DNA of 64,000 bases from the human T2T-CHM13v2.0 reference genome, Homo sapiens: NCBI RefSeq assembly GCF_009914755.1, contig NC_060931.1; one strand, given 5' to 3'. This document shows positions 42,659-58,249 of the stretch, in pieces. Position numbers and translations under genes: made by a program. Under the pieces are notes generated by a model. The model did not search any database and had not been told where the DNA came from. It saw only the letters and a program-made list of their open reading frames with translations. The stretch's first letter is position 1; the number at the start of each line of letters is the position of its first letter.

Positions 42659-45319
42659 AACTGAAACATCAGAATTGAAGGAACTCATTTATATCTACAG
42701 AACATCCATTGTGTGTTTAGCAAGGATGCATGTTCAATGATAACAGAGAGAACTTTTACTTTTAAGCTGCAAAATACCGCACAGCCAAAGCAATGGTATC
42801 AGAATAGTCCGCCCACAGTCACAGCCTGTTCCAAAAAGATAGGGGGAGTTAGAAAGCAGAAAAACTGTCACCACGTCTTTAGCCTCCGAGTACAGAAAGT
42901 CATGTCTTAGACTGCTGATGGCATTTTTAAAAGTTTATCAACATGAAAACCAAAACAGCTACGAAAAATCACAATTTTAAAGGCAACCTATATTCCTCAA
43001 TGTTGGAAATCCAGGCATTTGTAATTAACATACATAAAATTAAAGAGAATACATTATAGATATCCTTACTACGACCTTTAGTACACCTCATAGCAATTGG
43101 AAATTAGTTTAAGCTATATAAAGTCACCTGTTGTGCCAGTTTATTTTGTTATTTTTCATTAGCACCAAAAATATATATTTTAAAGGGAACACGGCCTGGA
43201 GCCCTCCCTCCTTTGTGGAGTGTATTAGAAGCTTCTTTTCTCCAGAATTGCTGTTACTCTTGTCTTTCCCTTTGCTGTGTGAAGTCACCACCAGAATGGG
43301 CAGCCATTACTGACGGAAGTGTGTCTGACCCCTGGAAAGATCTGAATGCATAGTGGGCCATTGTCCCTAGTGGACGTGAATGGAAAACTCACCCCAGAAG
43401 CATCAGCTTAGATAAGTGAGATTTTTTTCCCAGAGCCGATGCAATAAGAATTTCCAGGCTGTAAACCCAGGCAGGTCTGAGAGATGTAGCTTTCTGGGTA
43501 GTAAAATCATAGCCTTGTATGCTAGTGTATGTTTTTTTCTGATTTGGAGCATAAAAGGCATCTTTGCAGGGCTAGCAAGGTCATGGAACTCCAGAAAGGC
43601 CTCCCTAAAATAAAAGGGAGGCAACGGGGAGCCTTGCCATGCTTCCGTGAACTTATCTTGTTTATATCCTTTTTACTGGTTTTTTTTTTTTTTCCACTGC
43701 TTTAGGAGAAAGCCAAAGTAAAACCAGTTACGTCTAGGACACATTGTCATGATTGCCTGTGGCCTGGCTCAGAGTGGGGAAAAGTTTGAGAAATATTGCT
43801 TAACCTGGCTGCCGGGGTCATAGGGACCTCTCAGAAGCAGCTTTATTCCCACATGTCCACAGGGGAGCTAAAGCAATCAAAGGCCCCAGGACAGAAGCGA
43901 CAACCCTCAGGGCCTCTCCCTCCCCTCCCCTCCCAGCATCACCCTTACCGTGTCCTTGGTAATCACAAAGGGTCAGCCAGCCCTGTGTTAGTCCTTGGGA
44001 CTAGCGTATCCCTCATATCTTCCAAGGCTCTCTACCTCCCTCCCTAAAGATAGAGATTTAGAGCTCGTTCTGCCCAGCTATTTCAAATAGAGGAGGCTGA
44101 TGTGATAAAACTCACTAATGTGTAAAAAACGTAATGTGTTCCTTCCTTCCAGAAAGTATTTACATTTTAGAAGATGTTAAGAGAGGCAATACTCAATCCA
44201 AAGCAATTAATCTCTAAAGGTTAATAGGGATTTTTTTTCTTTCAAATGAAGCAGATCTTAAACCCCTCCAATCATCTTGTGTAGTCAGGCTGCAAACCAT
44301 TGAGAGAGGGGAGGGGAGGCTTATCAGATCTTGTAAATGCAGGTCAGCTGCTGAGTGGCCAGTTCTTCATCTTTCAGATCCATCAAGAAATGGAGATGCC
44401 CTTGCCCTAATTTCTGTTAGAAAACAGAAAAGTTGGATAGCATTCTACCTGGATCCTGTGGCATAAATTCCATTATCTTCAAAAACAACAATGGCAAATT
44501 CCCAAAGAGGGTACACACTGAACTGAAAAAGCACTCCGTCATTTCCCATTGCCTTTGCAGGGAATGAGGGGAAGTAGGAGACATTGTATCTCACTCAGCC
44601 TCTAGCTGAATCAACTGGCTCTTCGGTAAAGCTGAACTGCTCCTACACAGATATCACAGATATCAGTGGTCTCATTAACTAATTGTACCTCTACTAATAA
44701 TAACGATGGTTTTAAAGCAGGCTGTTACATAAGGAAAAGGTTTTTCGTTATAATAAATATCAAGTCACAGGTCTGAGAAATGTGGCAAAGTCTTTTCAAA
44801 ATCACAAAGAAAAGGGACATCAGTGGGAAAAAGCTGATGTCCCTTCAGAGTGGAACCGTGGCTGAAATGGTTCAGCCATGGTTCAGCCTCTCCTGCTCCA
44901 GCTGGCATTTCCTGCCCTTCAGTTTGCATAGTTCCAGCCAAGATAGGGAAAGGTAGGTTGAACATCCTTAACAGTTGTAGAGGCTCAACAGAGAAGAATC
45001 TGGGGTGGCTGGGAGTAGTGAATCAATGACAAATTTTAATCTGGAGCCCGATGACTCATAAGAAAATTTAGCCATTGTGATATTGTTTGGATCTGTGTCC
45101 CCATCCAAATCTCATGTTGAATTGTAATCCCCAATGTTGGAAGTAGGGCCTGGTGGGAGGTGATTGGATCATGGGGGCAGATTTCTCACGAATGGTTTAG
45201 CACTATCCCCCTTGGTACTGTCCTCTCTATAGTGAGTGAGTTCTCCTGAGATCTGGTCATTTAAAACTGGGTAGCACCTCCCCCCAGCACTCCCTCTTGC
45301 TCCTGCTTTTGCTGTGTGA

Positions 45320-45752
<433 letters not shown>

Positions 45753-45754
45753 AG

Positions 45755-46060
45755 GTTTTTTTTTTGTTTTTGTTTTTGTTTTTGAGACAGAGTCTTGCTC
45801 TGTTGCCCAGGCTCGAGTGCAGCTGCACGATCTGGGCTCACTGCAAGCTCTGCCTCCCGGGTTCATGCCATTCTCCTGCCTCACCCTCCTGAGTAGCAGG
45901 GACTGCAGGTGCCCACCACTATGTCCGGCTAATTTTTTTGTATTTTTAGTAGAGATGGGGTTTCACCGTGTTAGCCAGGATGGTCTCGATCTCCTGACCT
46001 CGTGATCCGCCCATCTCGGCCTTCCAAAGTGCTGGGATTACAGGCGTGAGCCACCGCGCC
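45755..46060 (-). mobile_element. AluY-like
   Basis: Flanks share cccaaagtgaggt. Confidence 0.93.
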
Positions 46061-46219
46061 CAAAGTGAGGTATTTCTTTATGCAATGCAAGAACGGCCTA
46101 GTACACCATGAGATATAGAATGAGTGCCATGTCTGCCATTAGGGAAACAGGTATAGAGAAAGGACTATTTTAGAAATAAAGAGATGTAGAGTTGTGTCCC
46201 AGCTCTATCACTAATTTGC

Positions 46220-46355
46220 CACTGTCTGAAAGGTAAGCTGTATGTGAGCAGGAATTTTTTTTGTCTCTTTTATCACTGCTGTACACCCCGCACCGGAACA
46301 ATGTGCGGCACATATTAGACACTCAATACATGTTTGCCAAATGAATACGTGAATG
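46220..46355 (+). mobile_element. L2 3' end
   Basis: tgctgtacaccccgcaccggaacaatgtgcggcacatattagacactcaata. Confidence 0.75.
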
Positions 46356-47004
46356 ATTGTAGTCTTGGACAAGTCAAATGGCCCTTAGGGACTATTTGTT
46401 CATTGATTATTTTCCCACCTGCGTCACAGCATGGCTGCTGTCTTGGAAAGCGTAAACTGCTCATGAGTGGCAGGTGTGAAGAAGAGAGGCTGACGGAGTG
46501 AACGGTGGTGAGGCACAGGAGGAAAGTTGCAAGGTGTGAGGCGTGGACGGGGAAGTTGGGTAGCAGGTGGGCTGGGCAGAAGGTGAACGATGGTGGAAGC
46601 TAGCTATCAGCAGAGATATTCAGAAGCTGGAAGAAAAAAGGAGGGTTGTAAGCACAACAGCGGCAGCAGCTGGCCAGTGGGAGTTTGTTTAAACAGAGTA
46701 GAAAAATTATTTAAGCCTCATTATTTTCTTCTGACTTCGGCCAAGGGGGTAATGAGGGTTAGCTGTCAGCTGCAAATGAAACCACTGAAGGAGAGAGAGT
46801 GCAAAGGGAATTTGAAGAATTAAAGCAGACTGGTCAAAAAAAAAAGCAAGCTGATACTGGACTAGCCATTTTGCCTTCCATTTGAAAGAAGAAAAGAGGG
46901 ACAGATAGCTCAAATAACAGAAGACAATCTTATCCCCAAATTAGACATCCTGGATTTTCCATGATTATCCTAATTTTGTGTGATTTTATTGTTTTCACTG
47001 AAGA

Positions 47005-47530
<526 letters not shown>

Positions 47531-47531
47531 A

Positions 47532-48197
47532 CTTTCTGTTTGTTTGTTTGTTTTGAGACAGTCTCGCTCTGTCGCCCATACTGTTTAACACCATACTGTT
47601 TAATGACTACATCTTTATAGTATATTTTGAAATCAGAAAGTGTGATGCCTCCAGCTTTGTTCTTGCTCAAGATTGCTTTAGCTATTCATGATCTTCTGTG
47701 GGTCCATACAAATTTTAGGGTTGTTTTTTCTATTTCTGTGAAAAATGATAAAGGAATTTCGAAACGGATATCATTGAATCTGTAGATTGCTTTGAGTAAC
47801 AAATCACACACACACAAAAATACAAAAGTTGTTCAGGAATTCTTACTTGTTCACAAGAAAAACATTGGTTATTGACTGGTTACATTGTTGACCTATCAGG
47901 TAAGAGTTCTATTTGGGACTCTATTTGAGTAGTGTGGACATTTTAACGATATTGATTTTTTTAATCCATGATCACATGATATATTTTCATTTATTTGTGT
48001 CTTCTATAATTTTATAAATCAACGTTTCATAGTTGTCTGTGTATGATCTTACCCTCTTTGGTTAAATTTATGCATAAGTATGTATGTAAGCATATGTATA
48101 TACCCAGGCTGGGGTGCGATAGCACGATCTTGGCTGACTGCAACCTCTGCCTCCTGGGTACAAGTGATTCTCATGCCTCAGCCTCCTGAGTAGCTAG
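47532..48197 (-). mobile_element. Alu 3' part split by an inserted L1M fragment
   Basis: Alu 47532-47578 (...gtcgccca) resumes at 48103 (cccaggctgg...). Confidence 0.88.
47579..48085 (-). mobile_element. L1M (MA/MB-type) internal ORF2 fragment, no tail
   Basis: gtgtgatgcctccagctttgttc, cattgaatctgtagattgctttg, ttggttaaattta. Confidence 0.85.
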
Positions 48198-48433
48198 AGC
48201 ATGAAGCACCATTCAGACCTGGCTCCTGTCTGATCTGCCATGTCTTCCCTCTAGGAAATCCAATCTATCACAGAGTTCCCTCAAGGCAATGACTAGTTGC
48301 AATCTTTGCAAGGATTTAGTACAAAAGAGTAGTGGGACAAGCCAAAGCTAGTGTCTAGATTGTTGTTGATATGTAATACTTCCTCCCTTTGCACATTAAA
48401 ACCACCCATGCAGCTTTTAAAAATCCTGATGCC

Positions 48434-48748
<315 letters not shown>

Positions 48749-48799
48749 TCAGACAATAAATCAGGGCAGTGATCTAAATTAGAAAATTAACTTTGATAG

Positions 48800-49410
48800 A
48801 ATAATACTACCTAATTTACAGGCCTTACTCAAATTTCATCACTTGTCCTCTGTCCCTTTCCTGTCTGGGATCCCATCCTGGGTTATGTGTATTTAGTTGT
48901 CCTGTCTCCCTCGTCTCCTTCAGTCTGTAATTGTTGCTCAGTCTTTCTTCATCTTTCATGACCCTGACATTTCTGAAGAGTACTGGTCAGTTATTTTGCA
49001 GACTGTTCCTCAATTTGGGTTTATCTGATGATTTCTCATGACTAGATTGAGGTTGTACATTTTTTGTCAAGAACATCACAGAAGGGATGTTGTTCACTTC
49101 TCAGTGCATCACAGCATGGTTATGTGATACTGATGGGTCTTCATGGTGATGTTGACCTTGATCACTTCTAGGATTCGCCAGTGTAGAGTTACAATTTTCC
49201 CTCTTCATAATGAATAAATATCTTGTGGGGAGATTCTTTGAAATTATGCAAATATCCTGTTTCTCACTGGACTTTGTCCACTAATTCTAGCATTCATTAG
49301 TGGTTCTTTCTTGCAACAGTTATTACTATGGTGTTTGCCTAATGTTGAATTTTTATATTATTTATTCCTTCTGCATTTATTAATTGGAAGAGTAATCTAA
49401 GGAAGAGCTG
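48800..49410 (-). mobile_element. L1MC-like 3' region
   Basis: gagtactggtcagttattttgcag...ctcaatttgggtttatctgatg. Confidence 0.8.
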
Positions 49411-49633
49411 TGTGACTTGCCTTTAAACAACAGTGAAAATTTAACAGCCCTCCAAAAAGGGCCTGGTTTGAGGCTTGAACTGGAGAATAAGTGAGAAATA
49501 GAACTGTTGGCATGAAAATTAACAAAATTAAATAATTGCTGTGGTTTTCATTAGGGATTGATAATTTTACTTGAGATAGGGAGCAGCTGGAGATGAGGCA
49601 CCTCTAAACCACCAGAGTGAAATGTGTAGTCAG

Positions 49634-49927
49634 GGCCGGGTGTGGTGGCTCATGCCTGTAATCCCAGCACTTTAGGAGGCTGAGGCGGGCGGATCACTTG
49701 TGGTCAGGAGTTCGAGACCAGCCTGGCCAACATGGAGAAACCCTGTCTCTACTAAAACTACAAAAATTAGCTGGGTGTGGTGGCAGGCACCTGTAATCCC
49801 AGCTACTCAGGAGGCTGAGACCAGAGAATCACTTGAGCCCAGGAGGCGGAGACTACAGTGAACTGAGATCACACCACTGTACTCCAGCCTGGGCGACAGA
49901 GCAAGACTCCATCTCAAAGAAAAAAAA
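49634..49927 (+). mobile_element. AluS-like
   Basis: TSD gtgtagtcagg. Confidence 0.95.
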
Positions 49928-50454
49928 GTGTAGTCAGGAAGTGTTTTGGATATGAAACATAGCAGAGAAGTGTCTTCTGTATTAAAAAAAAAAGTTGGCA
50001 GGATATAAGGGGGCTGGTATGTACCATTCCTGTCAAAAAGAAACACATTTATGCAAATGACTCAAGATTAAGATCTGAAGAAAATAAAGACATAAGGGAA
50101 CCAGCTGCAGAACAAAGAGTAAAAACTGAGCTGGCTACATCTGCTCAAAGGAAAACATGGAAGTTGATTAAGGTGATTATAAGGGAGACAGACATTGGAG
50201 GGCTGTTGAGGAGAGACTTTGGAAGAAAAGAGGAAATAAAGATTGTGGGTCACAGTTGGTCAATACAACCAAGGAAACCAGGAATATTAGCTAGAGATGG
50301 AAAAATCCTGAACCAAGACAAGAAGAGAGACAGGTCCTGCAGAAGAGTCTGGCAGTCCCGATTCAGACCAAGGGCCTCGTCACACAGGGGCCTGGAAAGA
50401 AAGGAGTCCAAGGGCAGGAAGGAAAGGGAAAAGAACAAATTTAGTATATAGGGC

Positions 50455-51060
50455 ATATTAGCCATGATTCTTTCAGTTACAATGACAGTAACTCAACTCA
50501 AACTACCTTAAGCACAAAAAGAGACACTTCCAACTTCCAAACTGGGAAGTTCTCTGTAAGAACTGGCTGAGGGTTGCCAGCCCCCAAAACTTAGAGTCAT
50601 AAGGCCTCTGTCTCTCCCTCTCCTCCCGACCCTATCCCACAACCTCTCCATTCTTTCTTTTGTGTATTGGCCTTACTGCTTCCCATCTCAGATGGGCTTC
50701 CTCTTTGCAGGCAGGGAAGATGGCTGCCTCTATCACAAAACTTTCATTATCTCAGCTTAGCAGCCCTGGCAGAAAGATTGACTATTTTCAGCCACATCTG
50801 CCTGTCACTGCCAAAGAAGAATTCTGATTGGCCCTCCTTGGATTCCAGGCCCACACTTTGAAACAGTCACTGCTGCTAAAGGAATGAAGAACCACAGGAT
50901 TGTCCCTGCTTGGGTCAAATGCCCATCTCTATGCCCTGGCAACTGAGTGGGACCAGGAATAATGAAACCATGTAGAATGGTAGTTCCCCAGAGTAAGGAA
51001 ATGTGTTGTTACCAGAATAAGGGAGGGAAGGCATGCTATGCACACCAACAGATGCTCACT
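50455..51060 (-). mobile_element. MLT1K-like old MaLR LTR
   Basis: gattctttcagttacaatgacagtaactcaactcaaac...tctgattggccc...gttaccagaa. Confidence 0.65.
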
Positions 51061-51104
51061 ATTGAAGACTCCTATGAATAATTTCTGGAAATAATAATAG
51101 TCCA

Positions 51105-51212
51105 TTTTTCTTTCTTTCTTTCTTTCTTTTTGAGATGGAGTCTCACTCTGTCACCCAGGCTGGAGTGCAGTGGCACGATCTCGGCTCACTGCAAGTTCTA
51201 CCTCCTGGGTTC
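51105..51212 (-). mobile_element. 5'-truncated Alu
   Basis: (TTTC)n tail plus the end of the right arm only. Confidence 0.9.
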
Positions 51213-51554
51213 AGTGGTCCAGAATAGGGAAGAGTGTACAAGATGTTATTGCACTAGAAATAAGAATAGATAGACCTTCAGCCATGTTTTTCCTTGGATT
51301 TACCTCACCTCAAATTAATTGCAATAGTCCAAAAATGGAAGGAAACAAAAACACTAACACTAAACCAGAGCACCCTATGACACACGTAGGTGGCTTGGGT
51401 GACATGTGTATCTTTATAATCAACCTGAGAGCATGAGAAGAGGGAATATCTATCCAAAGCTTTTGCAGACATTTACAGTGGTGAAGACAGGCCAAGTATT
51501 ACCACTCTTCTAGGAAATCAGCTGCTTGAAGACTGCTTCAGAAAGTGCAATTCA

Positions 51555-51980
<426 letters not shown>

Positions 51981-52615
51981 TTACTCTTTGCCCCTAGTAG
52001 TATGTTGCAAGATAACTCAGATGTACACGTGCCCTCTATCTCTCCATGCTGTTTCCACAGTTTTGAACTTGCACCCAATTTGCCCTTGCGTTTGTCATCT
52101 GTAAATTTCCCTTGGTATTTTCTCTGTCTCCTCTAGCCCCAAGGCCTCTTTGACCTCCTTATGGGCCATTACATTTTCTACAAAGGCCCAGAGGAATGTT
52201 TGGGTAGTCACACTACATTCTGCCAAGCATACAACTCTTCACATTAGCAATTTGCTGTGAGAAAGACCTTTAAACTTTCATTCGGTCCAGTCTTTTACCC
52301 TTTTCTTTTCTGAATATAGACATTAGGGCTGAGACTGAGCATAACCTGTGTCTTTTCTCAACCTATTTCATTATAAATGAAGAATGTCCCATTTAATGAC
52401 ATCTAGAGGCATTTCTCACATTCAGCTATGTTCAGCAACCCTCAGAGAAAATTCCATTATATTCTGTTCTAATTCCATATGTTAAAGTGTGTCTGCTATT
52501 TATTGAATCAGAGATTTCTGGCAGCATTCCAATATCTTTTCTCCCCCTTTTATAATGATAGAACCTTTTTTTGGTAGACATTTGCATGGAGGTTGGGTAT
52601 AAAGACTGCATTGTT

Positions 52616-52746
52616 AGCCAGGTGCAGTGGTGTACACTTGTAGTCCCAGCTACTCAGGAGGCTGAGAAGGGAGGATTGCTTAAGCCCAGGAGTTCAAGCC
52701 CAGCCTGAGTAACATAGCAAGATCCCATGTCGAAAAAAATAATAAT
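52616..52746 (+). mobile_element. FLAM_A-like free Alu monomer
   Basis: Single monomer with A-tail; TSD taaagaytgcattgtt. Confidence 0.85.
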
Positions 52747-52860
52747 AAAGATTGCATTGTTCAGCCTCCCTTACAGTTAAGTGTGGCCACGTCACTAAGA
52801 GCTGGTCAATTGCATGTGATGGGAAGTAAAATGTTTAACTTTTGGGATGTGTCATAATGA

Positions 52861-53208
<348 letters not shown>

Positions 53209-53519
53209 CCATGCCTCCATTTTCTATCCTGCTGCTTGGAACATGGAGATGGATATGATGGTGCACCATACTGGACCATGGAGGTAAGGGCAATATGCTA
53301 AGTATTATAGAATAATAAGAAGACACTTGGATTCCTGAGTGATCTCATGAAATAAAACCTCCACACCATCTCTCTTACCATCTACTTCTTACTGTAACAT
53401 AAGAAAGAATTAAATTTTCATCTTATTTAAAACAGTTATTTGGAGTATCTATTACATGTAGCAGAACCTATATAATAATATATACATTTTTATTTCTGCA
53501 CCTGAGTTTTATATTTTTT

Positions 53520-54312
53520 ATTAATTATATTATTATTATCTTTGAGACAGAGTCTCACTCTGTTGCCTAAGCTGAAGTGCAGTGGCGATGCTGCGGGATA
53601 ATGAAGGAATCAGAGAGACCGAGGGGTTGAGGAGCAATTATTTAATTATTTAGGTGCACCGACCCAGTTGGATTAACATCCAAAGGACTGAGCTCTGAAC
53701 AAAGAGTCAAGCTACCTTTTAAGCATTTCGTGGGGCGGGGGGAGATCTGTGCAGGGGGAAGCATATTACAGAAGCGAGAAACAAAGACAGTTATTCAATT
53801 GAGACATGCATTATATTATTTCTTACTTTTTAAGGCACAACATGTTTTACGACTTCAGATTATCTGTCTAGTGACCTTGCAGCTGCACAGCTAGAGAAAC
53901 AGTCTTCACAATGCCTGGGAAAGGGAGAGATAAGTCTCATTAGCCACAGAAAAACAGGCAGTTAATTTTAAAGGACTCCAACTCTTTCTCTTCCTCAGGG
54001 GGAATTGGGTTTTCTTACATACAACTGAGTTTTTGCTTACGCATTCTTTAATTTCTTTTAATTTCTGTTTCAGCACCATCTCGGCTCACTGCAACTTCTG
54101 CCTCCCGGGTTCAAATGATTCTCGTGCCTCAACCTCCCGAGCAGCTGGGATTACAGGCATGCACCATCATGCCTGGCTAATTTTTGTATTTTTAGTAGAG
54201 TCGGGGTTTCACCATGTTGGCCAGGCTGGTCTTGAACTCTTAACCTCAAGTGATCTGCCCACCTTGGCCTCCCAAAGTGTTGGGATTACAGGCGTGAGCC
54301 ACTGCGCCTGAC
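53520..54312 (-). mobile_element. AluS-like split by an LTR15
   Basis: 53520-53588 (...gcagtggcga) resumes at 54073 (gcaccatctcggctcactgc). Confidence 0.9.
53589..54072 (-). mobile_element. LTR15-like ERV1 solo LTR
   Basis: Minus strand reads tgaaacagaaattaaaagaaattaaagaatg...atcccgcagca; 484 bp; degenerate 4-bp TSD gcga/gcac. Confidence 0.82.
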
Positions 54313-54714
54313 CCTGCATTTTCTCGTAAGGCCAAATCACATCTATTCTTTTTTGACTCTCTCAAAATAAATCTCCAATCTTTGTTGTCCTTGTGACTTT
54401 GCAGTAAACTATCCAGGTACCCTCTATTTTTCTTTTTGGGTGAACCCAACCCCTCAAAATTACAAATTGTGATAAAACAATTAGCTTCCAAACTACATGC
54501 TCTACCCCTTTTTCTTTCTTTCTTTCCTTCCTTCCTTTTCTTTCCTTCTTTTCTTCCTGTCTGCAACAAATAGTTACCATGCTCCTACTGGATATCAGGC
54601 CCTACGCCGGATATTTTCAGAGGATACTAAGGTGCCAATATGTATCAAAATGTATCAATCAGAGTTTTAGTTCCCAGAGGCCTACTCTGGTTTATTTAAA
54701 AGAAATAGATCATT

Positions 54715-55036
<322 letters not shown>

Positions 55037-55039
55037 TCA

Positions 55040-55400
55040 TTAAAAGAGCACTGGGTATCAGAATCACCAGAATGATTGGACAATTAAGATCATGGTTATG
55101 CAGCCAGGAAAACCATTTAAAATCATACTGCAGAACTGGCTTACAGAGGACAACTCTTGACCAGTACCAAACATTGGACACCTGTACCACTAACACCACT
55201 GGCCTTCAGCACTTGGGGCAGCCACCAGTATTACCACCTCTACTGCCCCACTGCCAGAGAGCCTTCCTCACCATCTCCATCATTGTCCCCAGCTCCCAGT
55301 CCAAGGTCTGGGCAGGCACATCTGGTTGTGGTGTCTACATCATGTGCCCAAGACACAGCTGTAATGGAAGCTAAGAAGGGATGTATCTTGAATTTTCAGC
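55040..55400 (-). mobile_element. Old MLT1 (N2/O-like) LTR fragment
   Basis: ggcaggcacatctggttg...catgtgccc...gctgtaatggaagctaagaa. Confidence 0.5.
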
Positions 55401-55766
55401 TTGTCAAATATTAGCAACCTGTGCACCACAGTAAAGCACACAGTAAAGATTTCTGTACAAAGTAAACAATTCTTGTTTGCAGATATAAGAAGGAAGTTCA
55501 GAAGCTGGGCTACAAAAACTGAAACAAACATTCACTATTTCTATCCAGACAGACTTAATGTACTCTCTGCATATCTAATGGACTATTAAATTTTAATGCA
55601 TCAAGAAGCATGTGTTTTTCAGTTCTGTGCCTTTTTAGGAGGTGAAACTCTAAATAAATAGAGATGTTTGCTTCTTCACTTGTAGAATAATATAATGACT
55701 TTTAGGAAAAGCTGTTTCTTCTCTTCCCGTCTCTGGACTGGCAAAGATGATCCTCAGTATGCCAGA

Positions 55767-56192
55767 TGTGGTAGAAATTTGTAGGGAATTTGAAGGGGCG
55801 CTTTCTTATGTTTAGGGGAGTTCCGTATTGTATAGGTCTTCGCAGAAGAGTCTGATCCTTAATTTCAATATCCCTGGAAATTTGGGCCCAGGTGCAAAAT
55901 CAGCTACTCCTTCCCAAAACTTTAAATCTAGAAAAAAAATGAAGCAAAGAAGCTGCGATGCTCAAGAATTCATCTGTGCCTTGTGAAGCCAACAGGGACA
56001 TCCAGCATTTACTGACAATAACAGGTGTGTTCCATCTTCTGTTCTGTGGCATAATTTGGGCTCTTATTCTCACCTGAGTCTTGAGCCTGGCTTTCCTGGA
56101 AATTCTGTGACTTGTCCAAGTTCCTTTCAATAAATTGCTTTTTTGCTTAAATTATAATTTTTATTGTTTGCAACTAAGAATGCTAACCCACA
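55767..56192 (+). mobile_element. Old MLT1-like LTR
   Basis: 3' end tcaataaattgcttttttgcttaaatt...tgtttgcaactaagaa. Confidence 0.6.
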
Positions 56193-57034
56193 AATAAGAG
56201 CTACCACTGAATTAAACTGTAGATGGTTTTTCATTTACAATCGTTTCACCTTAATAACATATTCACATACAAACCACTAAAAACTACTGAATGTTTTGCA
56301 GCACTGACTATCATATTTATATGGTTTTTCTTCATCATCATACTCTTAAAGACGAAGACTAGAAGGAACTCTGGGCTCTGTCTAGGCCACTTCCCTCAAT
56401 GTGGGGAAATTGACACTCAGAGGTGATTTCTCATTCCAGCAAATGAATCTCATTTCTAAGGATGATTTCTGGTAACTTCTCCTACTAAATCTAAACCATC
56501 CCAAATTGAAGGCCTATCTCTTCTCATGCTGAAAATTTATTTTGGAAATGTTATAAGTTACCTTTCTATTCCACTATGCAAACCACCAAAGGAAATAAGA
56601 ATACTGAGCCTAAAACCAATTCTATGCAAACATCACTAGTTTTGCTTGTTATTCCGCCCAGGTTTGGCATCTGTTTATCCATTTACTTAATCAAAACCAT
56701 ATTTTCTGAATTTGTTAATGAGCATGTTGATGGGAAGGAAGAAATCAAAAGACTTAAGGAGGCATCTGGTATGAGAGAAGGAAGTAGCTCACACTTCCTT
56801 CACAAGCTGGTGCTAAAAATGTTTAAAAATCACATGAACCAACATTCCTTACAGCCCCTCCCCACGTCCCCAATATCACTAATGCACATGAATGGAGAAT
56901 ACCCATCTGAATCCAAACGCATGCCCTGGTGTGTGGATTCAAACAAAAAATTCCTCCCCCCACCCTCAGCCCCCCACATAGCCTGTGGTTTCACTTATAT
57001 GACAGTGACTGCTGGGGAGGGATTGCATGCCAAG

Positions 57035-57240
57035 TGTACTGGAGATTTGTAGGGTATCTGAAGGGCCTCTTTCCTATGTTTATGATATTCCCCATCATAT
57101 AGGTCTTAGTGGAAGAACCTGATCCTTGATTTACCATCCCTGGAAATTTTGGCTCATGTGTGTAACTCAATCTTGGCCAATCAGATGCTCCTGCCCAAGA
57201 TTTTAAATCTGGAATGAGCAAAGCAAAAAAGCTGGAATGG
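57035..57240 (+). mobile_element. Old MLT1-like LTR 5' fragment, homologous to 55767-55955
   Basis: Shares atttgtaggg, tataggtctt, ctgatcctt, atccctggaaattt and tttaaatct. Confidence 0.55.
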
Positions 57241-57334
57241 TCAAGCAGCATGGGAGAGCACAGCTTATAAGTGCCCCTCAGGGCATTCCTATTCATATGT
57301 GTTAAAAACACACATGGTTTTTGAGTTCACCTAA

Positions 57335-57684
<350 letters not shown>

Positions 57685-57702
57685 AACCTGAAATATTTTT
57701 AA

Positions 57703-58094
<392 letters not shown>

Positions 58095-58249
58095 TCCTCT
58101 CTTTCTTGAGCTGCTCTAGGATACGTCTTCTCCATAAAGTTATTTCAGTTTGTTAATGATTTCCTGCTTCCTTCTACTTCCATATCACTGAGATGAAGCT
58201 GTCATGACAAAGTTGATACTCATATCCCCAAATGTATACAGCTCTTCTA

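Noticed and set aside
56576-57052. 158-aa ATG-initiated ORF outside obvious repeats
   Set aside because: No recognisable domain, promoter or splice context; it ends in an LTR remnant and its length is compatible with chance.
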